Source: Octopus vulgaris (Eukaryota). Taken from it: a stretch of 64,000 bases of DNA. Made by a program: the position numbers and the translations under genes. Numbering within the stretch: position 1 is the first letter of the stretch; the number at the start of each line of letters is the position of its first letter. The stretch spans positions 53,134,001 through 53,198,000 of the forward strand of contig OX597826.1 of the NCBI GenBank assembly GCA_951406725.2. Reading direction: 5' to 3'. Positions 1-12,752 of this stretch are shown piece after piece. Below the pieces are notes generated by a model. It was not told the DNA's origin, searched no databases, and saw nothing but the letters and a program-made list of their open reading frames with translations.

Positions 1-317
1 TGTGTGTGTGTGTGTGCATGTATGTATGTATGTATGTATGTATGTATGTGTGTGTGTGTCTGTGTGTATGTATGTATGTATGTATGTATGTATGTGTGTA
101 TGTATGTGTGTGTGTATGTATGTATGTGTGTATGTATGTATGTGGGTATGTATAAATGCATGTGTGTATATGTATGTATGTAAGTAGCATTTATGTAGGT
201 AGGTATGTATATGTGTGTGTATGTATGTATGTATGTATAAATGCATGTGTGTATATGTATGCATGTATGTATGTGTGTATGTATGTATAAATGTATATAT
301 ATATATATATATGTATG

Positions 318-350
<33 letters not shown>

Positions 351-460
351 GTATTTATGTATGTATGCAAGTATGTATGTATGTATAAATGCATGTATTT
401 ATGTATGTATGTATGTATGTATGTATGCAAGTGTGTATGTATGTTTGTATGCATGCATGA
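1..460. repeat. (TATG)n/(TG)n/(TA)n compound microsatellite
   Basis: Direct reading of the sequence. Confidence 0.95.
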
Positions 461-1126
461 TTGTCTGTATCTACCTCAGGTAGATAATGGAAGCTTGCTT
501 CTGGTTGCCTAATAGTATGCTTCTGGTTGCTTAACAGCTTGTCTCTGGTTGAGGAAGCCTGTCTTAGTGAATGCCTACTTATGTGCTAATATATATATAG
601 CTTTAACTGATATCCTGTACTCTCATCTTGAACGTGATTTATAAAACTCTGAATTGAAACTCTGGTATATTTAACCAAACAATATTTGTGAACAATTTCT
701 GAGCTATGGTAGAGACGTTTTATCGCTTCGGTTGTTGCTAATATCTGCAAGACAAAACCTTGAATCTGCTGAGAAGGAAGATGAGAATACCGAACCACTG
801 TTCTTTTAGAAACAGTAATTTCAGTACTGATTGATATCTTTACAAGCGGAATGTTTTCTGAAATTTGACCACAGTTTAACTCGGTTGTCTGTTGTTTTGG
901 TGTTTGTTTCAGCGCAATCAGTCTTTGCACTACATGCAACTTCTAAATCTGTTGAATAAGAAGAATTTGTTGCGTCATTAACTTTACCAAACATAATTAA
1001 ATTCTACAGAAGCTGGCACTTTGAGGATGTTTGGGCCCCAAGAGTTTTCCGTTTCTTCCATAACTGCTACAAACTTCTCTTACCCTTTTTCCTTTCTCAA
1101 GAATTGTCGTATATATATATATATAC

Positions 1127-1186
<60 letters not shown>

Positions 1187-1187
1187 A

Positions 1188-1414
1188 TCTTTATTGCCCA
1201 CAGGGGCTAAACATAGACGGGACAAAGAAGGACAGACAAAGGGATTAAGCCGATTACATCGACCCCAGTGCGTAACTGGTACTTATTTAATCGACCCGGA
1301 AAGGATGAAAGGCAAAGACAACCTCGGCGCAATTTGAACTTAGAACGTAACGGCAGACGAAATACGGCTACGCATTTCGCCCGGCGTGCTAACGATTCTG
1401 CCAGCTCGCTGCCT
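1188..1414 (-). mobile_element. tRNA-derived SINE, family A (head ggcggcgagctggcagaatcgttagc)
   Basis: A-box-like TGGCAGAATCG and B-box-like GTTCAAAT on minus strand; body gcctttcatcctttcggggtcgat is shared with many copies in the window. Confidence 0.85.
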
Positions 1415-1449
1415 TTTATTTAAATATATATATATTCCTTACGCACACA

Positions 1450-1507
<58 letters not shown>

Positions 1508-1511
<4 letters not shown>

Positions 1512-1603
1512 TCATTAGATTCACGTCAACATTTAAATCTAATTTGCCAAAATATTTTCTTCGCTTTCAGACCGCGACCTGATCATTGACAAATTCCATG
1601 CTG
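1508..1603 (-). mobile_element. Penelope-like terminal repeat fragment with degenerate hammerhead motif
   Basis: Same family as 56253-56488; minus strand reads tttgtca-ATGATCA-ggtcgc..gcgaa-GAAA-atattt-tggcaaa. Confidence 0.5.
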
Positions 1604-1687
<84 letters not shown>

Positions 1688-1739
1688 TATGTATGTATGT
1701 ATGTATGTATGTATATGTATATATATGTGCATACACATA

Positions 1740-2056
1740 TATCGTTTTTTTTAGAAAAACATAAAAACGGAGAAGAAGCACACTCTAAGTAGTAGAGCAG
1801 TTTATTTTTATTACTGGTGAAGGCCGACGGGTGGCGTAGCTGATAGAGGACGACATAACCGGAAGCCGATGACCAGTCGATGACCACCAAAAGTGGGAGA
1901 TAACCCCCCTTGCTTATATCTAGTTCGTTTCCCCCTCCATACTTTAAAGAGGCCATCGGCCAGCAAGTCTTACGGTCTGATGATATGCCACGAGATACTC
2001 TTTATGGCGCGAAACCCAGGGTAACCATATAAAGAGGGCTTCACCAGTAATAAATA
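1740..2056 (+). mobile_element. Non-coding Penelope-like element with inverted terminal copy and hammerhead
   Basis: Perfect 16-bp inverted repeat 1807-1822 / 2039-2054, AATAAA at 3' end, hammerhead core inside, flanked by microsatellites. Confidence 0.6.
1972..2028 (+). ncRNA. Type I hammerhead ribozyme
   Basis: ggt-CTGATGA-tatgcca..tggcgc-GAAA-CCCAGGG-TA-acc; all three helices can be drawn; predicted cleavage after A2023. Confidence 0.75.
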
Positions 2057-2370
<314 letters not shown>

Positions 2371-2714
2371 CATACATTGGACCTGCTAAAAGTATGTAAC
2401 AATTGTTGATATATGTGACTTCGTTTAAAACTAGACAGCTGGCAGAATCGTTAGAACGCTGAACAGAATGCTTAGCCGCATGTCTTCCGACATTACATTC
2501 TAAAATCAAATTCCATTGAAGTGAATTTTGCTATTCATTTAGAGACGATAAAATTAGTACCAGTTGAGTCCTGAGGTCAATTTAATTGACTAGCTACCTA
2601 CTCCCCAAATTCTAAAGAATATACCGTCATTTCAAAAATGACAAAATGTCAACTCCTAACGAAGTAGGAAACCCAACTGCGTTCTATCACTACTGTATAA
2701 GTAAACATTATAAT

Positions 2715-3050
2715 CCGGGATCCGGGACCCCCTTCGGTCACGACACTGACCATGGGATTGCACCTAGAAAGTTACCCTCCTAGTCACAAGTCTGGGCATG
2801 GTTGTTTATGGAAGACCAGCAGTCGCCCATGCATACCGGCCTCCCCTCTCCACGCCACCAGTGTTATCCAAGGGAAAGGCAAAGGCCGATACAGCTTGGC
2901 ACCAGTGACGTCGCAACTCATTTCTACAGCTGAGTGAACTGGAGCAACGTGAAATAAAGTGTCTTGCTCAAGGACACAACACGCAGCCCGGTCCGGGATT
3001 CGAGCTCACAACCTCACGATCGTAAGCTCGACGCTCTAACCACTGATCCA
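2715..3050 (-). mobile_element. tRNA-derived CORE-like SINE, family C
   Basis: Minus strand has tRNA head then gtgtccttgagcaagacactttatttcacgttgctccag; homologous to 55425-55790. Confidence 0.8.
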
Positions 3051-3511
3051 ATCACATAACATTATTAAATAAACAATTATTATTTTTCAACGAGGTAATT
3101 TTATTTTCTCAACTCAAAACCACTTAAGTTAAATTCAGCTTTAAAGAAAAACAGCAGATATTTATTTTGGTGGGTTGTTGTTTGCAGTGGAGCGATAACA
3201 ATGGGTTGGGCTTTACGTGTCCTCTGTACATTCAATTCGCAATTATAACCGATAAGACTGCGTAGAAAGGAAAATATCAGACAAAATAAACCCACCAAAT
3301 AGCAGTTGTACATAGGACACACAAGAAAAGTCATTCGGAGGAAGAGGTTGAGGTAGAACCTAACTCTATTTTTGTCTGAAAAATTAACATAATGTAAATT
3401 AAACTAAAACTTGTTTTGTTGTTTCTCTGGAGGGTCATTAGGCCAATAATGAACACAAGTAGTGGTTCTGTTTCACTTCTTTTATCATTATTATTATTAG
3501 TCATCTAAAAG

Positions 3512-3950
3512 GATGGTGGGCAGAATTGTTAGCACGCCGAGCAAAATGCTTGGCCGCATTTCCGTCCTTACTTCTGAGTTCAAATTCCATCGAGGTTGAC
3601 TTCGCCGTTCATCCTTTCGGGGTTGACGAAATAAGTACCAGTTAAGCACTGGGGATCAATGTAACTGACTTACACCCTCCCCAGAAATTGCAGGCCTTGT
3701 GTCAAAATTTGAAACAGCTATCAGTCATCTATACGATGGCGAGCTGACAGCTTCGTTAGCACGCTGAACAAAATGTTTAGCGGCAGTTCATCCGTCTTTA
3801 CGTTCTGAGTTCAAATTCCGCCGAGGTTGACTTTACGTTTTATCCTTTTGGGGTTGATAAAGTACGTACCAATTGTGCACTGGGCAGATGTAATCCACTA
3901 GACCCTTCCCCCATAAATTCCAGGCCTTGTGCTTTTATTAGAAAGGGTTA
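3512..3950 (+). mobile_element. Two diverged family A SINEs
   Basis: Two copies of gttcaaattcc..catcctttcgggg body. Confidence 0.8.
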
Positions 3951-3974
3951 TTGGTCAATTATTTAACGATTCAT

Positions 3975-4382
3975 AGGCGTAGGAGTGGCTGTGTAGTAAG
4001 TAGCTTGCTTATGAACCACATGGTTCCGGGTTCAGTCACACTGCGTGACACCTTGGGCAAATGTCTTCTACTATAAGTCTCGGGCCGACCAAAACCTTGT
4101 GAGTGGATTTGGTAGACGGAAACTGAAAGAAGCCCGTCGTATATATGTATATATATATATGTGTGTGCGCGTGTGTGTGTGTATGTTTGTGTGTCTGTGT
4201 TTGTCTCCCCCAACATTGCTTGACAATCGATGCTGGTGTGTTTACGTCCCCGTAACTTAGCGGTTCGGCAAAAGAGAATAAGTACTAGGCTTACAAAGCA
4301 TAAGTCCTGGGGTCGATTTGCGCGACTAAAGGCGGTGCTCCAGCATGGCCACAGTCAAATCACTGAAACAAGTAAAAGAGTA
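3975..4382 (+). mobile_element. Composite SINE, family B (tRNA/CORE-like head, internal TA/TG microsatellite, conserved 3' module)
   Basis: ggcgtaggagtggctgtg..ccttgggcaa..gaaagaagcccgtcg-(TA/TG)n-..ggcggtgctccagcatggcc..gactgaaacaagtaaaagag; more than 10 full or partial copies in window. Confidence 0.85.
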
Positions 4383-4520
4383 TTCAACCAATTAACTCAT
4401 CGATTGTTTGATTAATCGTTTGGTCAATCAATCAGTCACAGAGGTTTATCAGAATCCATTCATCACCATTCACGACCATATCAGTGACATCCTTTCTTTA
4501 TTGCTATTATGACTCTCTCT

Positions 4521-4955
4521 AGGCGGCGAGCTGACAGAAACGTTCGCACGCCGGGCGAAATGCTTAGCGTTATTTCGTCCGCCGTTACGTTCTGAGTTCA
4601 AATTCCGCCGAGGTCGACTTTGCCTTTCATCCTTTCGGGGTCGATAAATTTAGTACCAGTTGCGTACTAGAGTCGAACTAATCGACTTAATCCGTTTGTC
4701 TGTCCTAGTTTGTCCCCTCTATGTTTAGCCTCTTGTGGGCAATAAAGAAATAAGAATCGTTAGCATGCCAGGCGAAATGCTTAGCGTTATTTCGTCCGCC
4801 GCTACGTTCTGAGTTCAAATTTCACCGAGGTCGACTTTGGCTTTCATCCTTTCGGGGTCGATAAACTAAGTACCAGTGAAACACTGGGGTCGATGTAATC
4901 GATTAGTCCCCTCTCCCCAAATCTCAGGCCGTGTGCCTTTAGTAGAAGGGATTAT
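4521..4955 (+). mobile_element. Tandem family A SINE dimer
   Basis: Two units joined at aaagaaataag/aatcgttagc. Confidence 0.85.
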
Positions 4956-5084
4956 GACCCTCCCTAGATACAACAAAATCTGTTTCAACACACAAGTTCA
5001 CATCAAGAACAACTGAATGTAATGCTTGCAAAATAGCAAAACTATTACAAAAATGTTTTAAATGACTACAGAAGGTTCCATATT

Positions 5085-5497
5085 TTACTCCTTACTCTCT
5101 TTTATTCTTTTACTTGTTTCAGTCATTTTGACTGCGGCCATGCTGGAGCACCGCCTTTAGTCGAGCAAATCGACCCCGGGACTTATTCTTTCTAAGCCTA
5201 GTACTTATTCTATCGGTCTCTTTTGCCGAACCGCTAAGTGACGGGGACGTAAACACAACAGCACCGGTTGTCAAGCGATGTTGGGAGGACAAACACAGAC
5301 ACACAAACACACACATATATATATATATATACATATACGACAGGCTTCTTTCAGTTTCCGTCTACCAAATCCACTCACAAGGCTTTGGTCGGCCCGAGGC
5401 TATAGTAGAAGACACTTGCCCGAGGTGCTACGCAGTGGGATTGAACTCGGAACCCGGTTGGTAAGCAAGCTACTTACCACACAGCCACTCCTGCGCC
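5085..5497 (-). mobile_element. Family B SINE
   Basis: Reverse complement of 3975-4382. Confidence 0.85.
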
Positions 5498-5919
5498 ATT
5501 TTTGTGAAAAAAAAAAATTAAATTAAAATATGATATAAAAAACTCACTCAACATGAACAACAATAAAATCTCATGTTCTGAATTAAGCTGATTAATCTAT
5601 TTTAAAACTGTGAATGGGTTTAACAAAAGACTACCTACGTCAGACAGGTGAACGCATAACAAATTAGAATCACCACGGCATATAAGCAATACATTAATAT
5701 AGCAGCTTTAATATGAGGTGAATTTGGCTGCGAAGAAGTGGGTACAACACTGGACACCTGAATTTTTTTCAAAGGCGATTCGTGAGTTGGGTTCGACGAT
5801 GGTGCAAATGCACTGCTAGTGATCAGCGCTGAATTAACCATTAAGTAAAATAAGCACATTCTTAGGACAGTAAGGGAAATGGGCCACCACAGAAATGGGA
5901 AATTTGTTTACGGCACAAA

Positions 5920-6129
5920 AGAAATCACTTTATATATCCTTAACGTTAATGGTCACAAATTGCTCAGCTGAGCGTTCATTTTCTCAGCTTGCTAACCAAC
6001 CACATGATTCCGGGTTCAGTCCCACTGCGTGGCATCTTGAGCAAGTATCTTCTGCTATAGCCCCGGGTCGACCAATGCCTTTTGAGTGGATTTGGTAGAC
6101 GGAACTGAAAGAAGCCTGTCGTATATATG

Positions 6130-6160
<31 letters not shown>

Positions 6161-6874
6161 ATGTGTTTGCGTGTCTGTGTTTATCTCCCTAGCATTGCTT
6201 GTCAACCGATGCTGGTGTGTTTACGTCCCTGTCACTTAGCGTTTCGGCAAAAAAGACCGATAGAATAAGTACTGGGCTTACAAAGAATAAGTCCCGGGGT
6301 CGATTTGCTCGACTAAAGGCGGTGCTCCAGCATGGCCGCAGTTAAATGACTGAAACAAGTAAAAGAGTAAAGTGTAAGAGTATATCAAAAGTCCCATCAG
6401 AACAACTATGCAACAAGGCTGGCTGGATGCCTTATCTCTACTAAGTATAGAAGCAGACGTAATTACGTAAGATTAATTGTGAGTGTCTGATCAATGATTT
6501 TGCAATTAAAAAAAGGTAGGAAAAAAACCCATTCAAATATAAATAAAATGAAAGTATACAAAAATAGACATTATTTTCCCTCTTACTGTTAGTTTTGTTT
6601 CATTTTGAAAAATAAAAGTTTATTTCATTGTTTATTACATTACCAAGGACCCCTTTTATTTAAATGAGTTTTCCCACGTACCCCTTTTAATATGCTTATC
6701 CTTATATAAAATTTTGAACTTAGTTCACGGACCCCCAGTACTACTTTTGCGGACCACCAGAGGTCCGCAGACCACAGGTTAGGAACCACTGGTTTATATT
6801 TTAAATTACAAATTTATGGAGGCACCAAAATCTTTTAAGTGTCTAAGACCTCTATGGGTTTTAATCCGGCCCGG
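5920..6874 (+). mobile_element. Decayed hAT (Tip100/ZMYM1-like) transposon 3' part, interrupted by a SINE and a hAT MITE
   Basis: LTLMVTNCSAERSFSQL then KYIKSPIRTTMQQGWLDALSLLSIEAD (hAT dimerization domain); terminal ttaatccggccc at 6861-6872. Confidence 0.8.
5987..6375 (+). mobile_element. Family B SINE inserted in hAT transposase remnant
   Basis: Splits the SFSQL / KYIK coding frame. Confidence 0.85.
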
Positions 6875-7379
6875 CTTGTGATAGAAACAATATTGAGTAG
6901 TACCTTTGAAGAAGGGCTACTCCAATAACATTTTTCAATTTGAACGATATGTACCAGTTAATAAAGCGTTGTCAGAAAGTCCAATGAAAAAACTTGCGGT
7001 GTCTGTTCCGTTCACGTATCTTCTGAAAGCAACACCCGTGACGATATTGGTGAGCCCAAATGTATTGGTCCTAAACCATCGGTGGTGTGGCGAGGGAAGA
7101 GGTTGATGCATTGCCAACAGTTTGGTCAACCATAAAACGACAACAATCTTTCTACTATAGGCACAAGGCCAGCAATTTGTGAGCGGAGGGTTAGTCGATT
7201 ACGTCGATCTCAAAAGAGAAAGAAGGATAAAGTCGACCTCGGCGGAATTTGAACTCGGGGGAATATAATGATGGAAGAAACGCCGCAAAACATTTTGTCC
7301 AACTCGCAAACGATTCTATCTCGCCGCCTTAATAGATAAATTAAATATTAAATAAATATATAAATAAGTTAATAGATAA

Positions 7380-7393
7380 ATCATCGTCGTCGT

Positions 7394-7455
<62 letters not shown>

Positions 7456-7503
7456 TCGTCATCATCATCATCATCATCATCATCATCGTCATCATCGTCA
7501 TCG

Positions 7504-7555
<52 letters not shown>
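7380..7555. repeat. (GTC)n/(ATC)n microsatellite
   Basis: Direct reading. Confidence 0.95.
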
Positions 7556-7573
7556 ACCTATAAAAGTATAAAG

Positions 7574-7604
<31 letters not shown>

Positions 7605-8510
7605 GTGCTTACTCCGGTATATATATATATAATGGGCTCTTCCATCGAAATCCCACTAAGTTTTGAACTCAGCTCTTTGACCAACGACCTGCACAAATGA
7701 TTTGGTTATAGTGATCAAATATTCGTGCCGCACATTGGCTCACTCTCTGCATCAAATCGGCGTTGCCAGAAAAGGTGCACAGTGCACCACACGTCAGGTG
7801 CCGGAGGGATCGCAGTGCAACGTGACATGAAGTGTTTTGCTCAAGAACACAATGTACCGCCCGGTCTAGGAAATCTTTAACAAGGCTTTGGTCGAACATG
7901 TGTTATTGAAGAAGACGCTTGTGTAAATGCCACGCAGTGGGACTAAATCACGCATACAGAACTTTTTACCTTCTTATTTCTACGTATGAGTATGCGTTGA
8001 TGTTGAGTCCCTGGAAAACCGCGGTCGAGTTGATCTAATATTAAAGACAGTCTAGCCGTGGCTATCTGGGTGATATATTTTTTAAAATGTTTAGCAGCAT
8101 TCTTTTCTACTCTAGGCACAAGGCCCGATATTTTGAGGGGAGGGGGCCAATCGATTAGATCGACCCCAGTACGCAACTGGTACTTAATCTATCGACCCTT
8201 AAAGGATGAAAGGCAAAGTCGACCTCGGCGGAATTTGAACTCAGAACGTAAAGACCCAAGAAATACCTATTTCTTTACTAAACTATCCAAAATGACGTAT
8301 TTTTGAGAAAGATTTGACTGCTATTTTTAGCAGGTTGACCGACCATAAAGACATTCTTTCATTGCTTTGAATGTGTTGTGTGTACTTGTGTGCATATAGA
8401 CATATTCCCAGCTGTCTCTATGCATTCATGCTCAAAATGATTGTGTGTATTAATACATATATGTTCATACATATATACATGCGTACATACACATACGTAC
8501 AAACATATGT

Positions 8511-8562
<52 letters not shown>

Positions 8563-8839
8563 TGTAGTATATATTTATATACTACAAAAATTTAGGATTC
8601 AAGTGAACCAGGCACTTAAATGGTAAGTAGAAACAAGTGAATTGGCACATTAGGCCACCTGTTATTTATTTATTTATTTATATATTTATTTATTTATTTA
8701 TTTATTTATTTATACACACACACATGTACAGTGCAGTGTTGAGCACTCATTCGCCATTTATATATGAAAGTATTTATTATGGAAATACAAACGCACACAC
8801 ACGCGCACACACACATATGTATACACACACACACACAAA

Positions 8840-8846
8840 GGGAGAG

Positions 8847-8889
<43 letters not shown>

Positions 8890-9515
8890 CATTCCCCCCT
8901 CCAAAAACCAATCCCGTATCACTTTCTACACTCCCATCCTCCGTCTCTCTACCCCTCTCTCTCTCCCTCTCTTTCGTTCTAATTAACCCCCCCCCCCATG
9001 CTCACTTTATTTCTAAAATTATCAACAACACCTCTATTTCTCTTTTTACTTCATTCTCTCTTTTTTTATCGTCTGCTCGCCTCTCATCAACTTTATTTTC
9101 TCTCCACATGTCACCACCACACGGACTATTTCTCTCTCTCTCTATCTTCTCTCCTCTCTTTCTTTTTCCCTATCTCCCCCTCTCTTTCTCTCTCTCTCTC
9201 TCTCTATCTTCCCCCTCCCCTGTCTTTCTCTTTCACTTTTCACTTCCCTGTTGCTGTCATTATAACTGTCAATCGCCTCCGCACTTCTTACCTTCCTCTT
9301 ATTCATTTCTCTATCTGTCATGCTTTCGTTTCTGTCTTTCTCATCTCCACGGACTACCACCCTTCTGTATATCTCTACAACCTCATTCGTTGTCACACCC
9401 AGCTCAAACTGCCACTTATATTATCCACCCGCCACCACATCACTTCACACATTATTACAGCGACTATGGAGACAACATCAATTTTTGGCTGAAATATAAG
9501 TAAAACTCTCTTGTC
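8840..9515 (+). promoter_or_regulatory. Possible promoter / long CT-rich 5' UTR
   Basis: (GA)n then about 600 bp of TE-free pyrimidine-rich sequence ahead of a good-context ATG; short uORF 9466-9492. Confidence 0.3.
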
Positions 9516-9608
9516 ATGGATGATAAAGTTGATGATTCTAAGAGGCCCAAGGGCCAGACCAATGATGGGAGCGACCTTAATCCAGGTCAAATTGAGCAAA
9601 GCCACGGG
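9516..9608 (+). CDS. Candidate first coding exon MDDKVDDSKRPKGQTNDGSDLNPGQIEQSHG, product unknown
   Basis: gtcATGG start context, non-repetitive protein-like composition, donor GGG/GTTAGT at 9609 followed by AT-rich sequence; no downstream exon identified. Confidence 0.4.
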
Positions 9609-9786
9609 GTTAGTTCACAATTTTTATTTATTTATCTTTTACTCATGTTTAATTATTTAAAGCTTTCAAAGTTAATTTCTTCTTTAATTTCTTCTTTAAA
9701 AAATACGTGTGTACATAAGATCCTGACTTTAAGGGCGTCGCGTAAAGATCCTGACTTTAAGGGTGTCACGAAAGGCCTAACCTTTC

Positions 9787-9934
9787 GAGTTCTTTTACAG
9801 GGCTTAGAAAAACTGAAGGACCACTGGAATGAGTGTGTGAGTCTGAGAGAGGAATATGTTGAATCAAATCATAATTAATTGATCCTCCCGTAATTTCTTT
9901 TACCCAAAGCCAAGAACTTTTCAGGACCACCTCG
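9787..9934 (+). mobile_element. Mariner transposon 3' end
   Basis: LQGLEKLKDHWNECVSLREEYVE matches the mariner C-terminus GIxKLxxRWxKCxxxxGxYVE; followed by TIR-like aacttttcaggaccacctcg. Confidence 0.8.
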
Positions 9935-10114
9935 TGTATGTGTATAAATGCATGTACATCTAAGACATACAGAACTAGGTTCCCAACACTTTCTTTAACT
10001 TTTCTTATGATATTTTCCTTTTTTCTACTTTTTTTTCTTTTTTCTTGTTTATCTGCTTGCTTGTGCGTGCTAGCGTGCGTGCGTGAGAACGTATGTTAAT
10101 GTTTATAAATAAGA

Positions 10115-10355
10115 AAGCGGCGAGCTGGCTGAACCGTTAGCACGCCGGGCGATTTGCCTAGCGGCTATTCTTCAGTCCTTATGTTCTGAGTTCAAATTCC
10201 GTCGAGGTCGACTTTGCCTTTCATCTTTTCGGAGTCGATAAATTAAGTATCAGTTACGCACTGAGGTCGATGTACTTGTCTAGTCCTCTCCCCTAAAACT
10301 GCAGGCTTTGTGCTTCTAGCAGAAAGGATTATTATTATTATTATTATTATTATTA

Positions 10356-10401
<46 letters not shown>

Positions 10402-10615
10402 GGCGGTGAGCTGGCAGAATCGTTAGCACGCCAGGCAAAATGCTTAGTGGTATTTCGTCCGTCTTTACGTTCTGAGTTCAAATTCCGCTGAGGTCGACCT
10501 TGACTTTCATCCTTTCGGGGTCGATAACATAAGTACCAGTCGAGCATTGGGGTCGATGTAGTCGACTTACCCCCAACATCTAAATTGCTGGCCTTAAGTC
10601 AAAATTTGAAACCAA
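10115..10615 (+). mobile_element. Two family A SINEs separated by (TTA)n
   Basis: Family consensus match. Confidence 0.85.
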
Positions 10616-10842
10616 TATTTATCAATAGAAAAACAAATTACATAACAATCAAATAAATAAATAAATAAATAAATAAACCTTCTGCATTTAGAAATCTAGT
10701 GTGCACTTTTGTGTGAGTGTGTGTTTATATACACGTATGTGTTTACATCTATCTATCAATATGTATGTATGTATGTCTACATATATGTGTGTCTGTATAC
10801 ACACCCACACATATATTAAAATTAATTTGAAGAATTTTTTTA

Positions 10843-11725
10843 ATTTCTTTATTGCCCACATGGGACTAAACACAGAGGGGACAAACAAGGACAGACAAGG
10901 GGATTAAGTCGATTACATCGGCCTCAGTGATTAACTGGTACTTATTTTATCGACTCCAAAAGGATGAAAGGCAAAGTCGACCTCGGCGGAATTTGAACTC
11001 AGAACTTAACGGCACACGAAATACCTATTTCTGTACTACTCACAAGGGGCTAAACACAGAGGGGACAAACAAGGACAGACAAACGGATTAAGTCGATTAC
11101 ATTGACCCCAGTGCGTAAATGGTAGTTATTTAATCGACCACGAAAGGATGAAAGGCAAAGTTGACATCGGCGGAATTTGAACTCTGAACGTAACAGCAGA
11201 CGAAATACTACTAAGCATTTCGCCCGGGGTGCTAACGTTTCTGCCAGCTCGCCGCCTTCTGCAGACGAAATACCAATTACTTTACTACCCACAAGGGGCT
11301 AAACACAGAGAGGACAAACAAGGAATGACAAACGGATTAAGTCGATTATATCGCCCCCAGTGCGTAACTAGTACTTATTTAATCGACCCCGAAAGAATGA
11401 AAGGCAAAGTCGACCTCGGCGGAATTTGAACTCAGAACGTAACCGCAGACGAAATACCGCCAGGGCATTTCGCCGGGCATGCTAACGTTTCTTATTTCTT
11501 TACTGCCCACAAGGGCATACACACAGAGGGGATAAACAAGGACAGACAAACGGATTAAGTCGATTATATCGACCTCAGTTATTAACTGGCATTTTTTAAA
11601 TCGACCTCGAAAGGATGAAAGGCAAAGTCGACCTCGACGGAATTTGAACTCAGAACGTAACTGCAGACGAAAAACTGCTAGGTATTTCTCCCGTCGTGCT
11701 AACGTTTCTGCCAGCTCGCCGCCTT
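10843..11725 (-). mobile_element. Tandem array of four family A SINE units
   Basis: Repeated cccacaaggggctaaacacagagggg..gaactcagaacgtaac units. Confidence 0.85.
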
Positions 11726-11807
11726 GAAGAATTAAAGTGGAGTATGCGATCCACTTGCGCGCTGGAACTTTTGATCATGTGTCATGCTTTGCAGTACATA
11801 TATATTC

Positions 11808-11898
<91 letters not shown>

Positions 11899-12409
11899 TC
11901 ACTCACTCACTCACTCACTCACTCACTCACTCACTCACTCACGCGCGCGGATGGAGATTATGTGAATGCGTAAGTGTAGCTACCAGGTGTTTGTTTACTT
12001 CCTCTCTAAGCAAAGGTGATTGTAATGAATGAAGAATTTCTCTAGCATTTGGTAGACAAATATCCGTCTTTGCTGTCCAGTTTACTGACACTGGTCACGC
12101 GGAGTTGTTTCTCTTAGGTCATTCGTGTTTTCATAACATACACAGGACCATATACAACACATACACACACACAAACGTACTCGCTTATGTATGTATGTAT
12201 GTATGTATGTATGTATGTATGTATGTATGTATGTATGTAGAGTATGTATGTATGCATGTGTGTATATACTTATATCTCTATACTCTTTTACTCTTTTACT
12301 TGTTTCAGTCATATGACTGCGGCCATGCTGGAGCACCGCCTTTAATCGAGTAACTCGACCCCGGGACGTGTGGTTGATAAACAAGCTACTTACCACACAG
12401 CCACGAGTA

Positions 12410-12410
12410 G

Positions 12411-12450
<40 letters not shown>

Positions 12451-12547
12451 TCACAACCACTCCGTCATATGCCCGTGGGCATATGGCGCAGTGGTTAAGA
12501 GCGCGGGCTACTAACTCCAAGATTCCGAGTTCGAATCCAGGCAGTGA

Positions 12548-12582
<35 letters not shown>

Positions 12583-12752
12583 TCGAAAAATAAATTAAGA
12601 ATAAGAACCCAGGTTCGAAATTTCCCCAAGATACCTGATGAAGGCCGGAGGGTATATCAGCTGAAACATTGTGTTAACGAACTAGATGAGGATAAATATC
12701 CGTCAAATGTAACTAATGTACATAAATCCTCATCTCTTAAATATAGAACTGT
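12410..12752 (+). mobile_element. tRNA-headed element with hammerhead motif and head-to-head inverted 5' copy
   Basis: A box TGGCGCAGTGG 12484-12494, B box GTTCGAATCC 12529-12538, (AAT)n, CTGATGA 12635-12641..GAAA 12663-12666; palindrome centre 12475-12476. Confidence 0.65.

Noticed and set aside
2-512. ORFs rich in YI/HT/CV/MY repeats here and throughout the window
   Set aside because: Translations of stop-free microsatellites
586-939. 117-aa minus-strand ORF
   Set aside because: No recognisable motif or splice signals
8596-8628. Perfect ATG/GTAAGT donor after a 27-nt segment
   Set aside because: Acceptor lacks a pyrimidine tract; chance occurrence is likely
8637-9503. 288-aa ORF, the longest in the track
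   Set aside because: Low-complexity CT/GA sequence that is depleted of stops
12477-12550. Possible tRNA gene
   Set aside because: Acceptor stem does not pair, there is no poly-T terminator, and it is embedded in a repeat; same for other SINE heads
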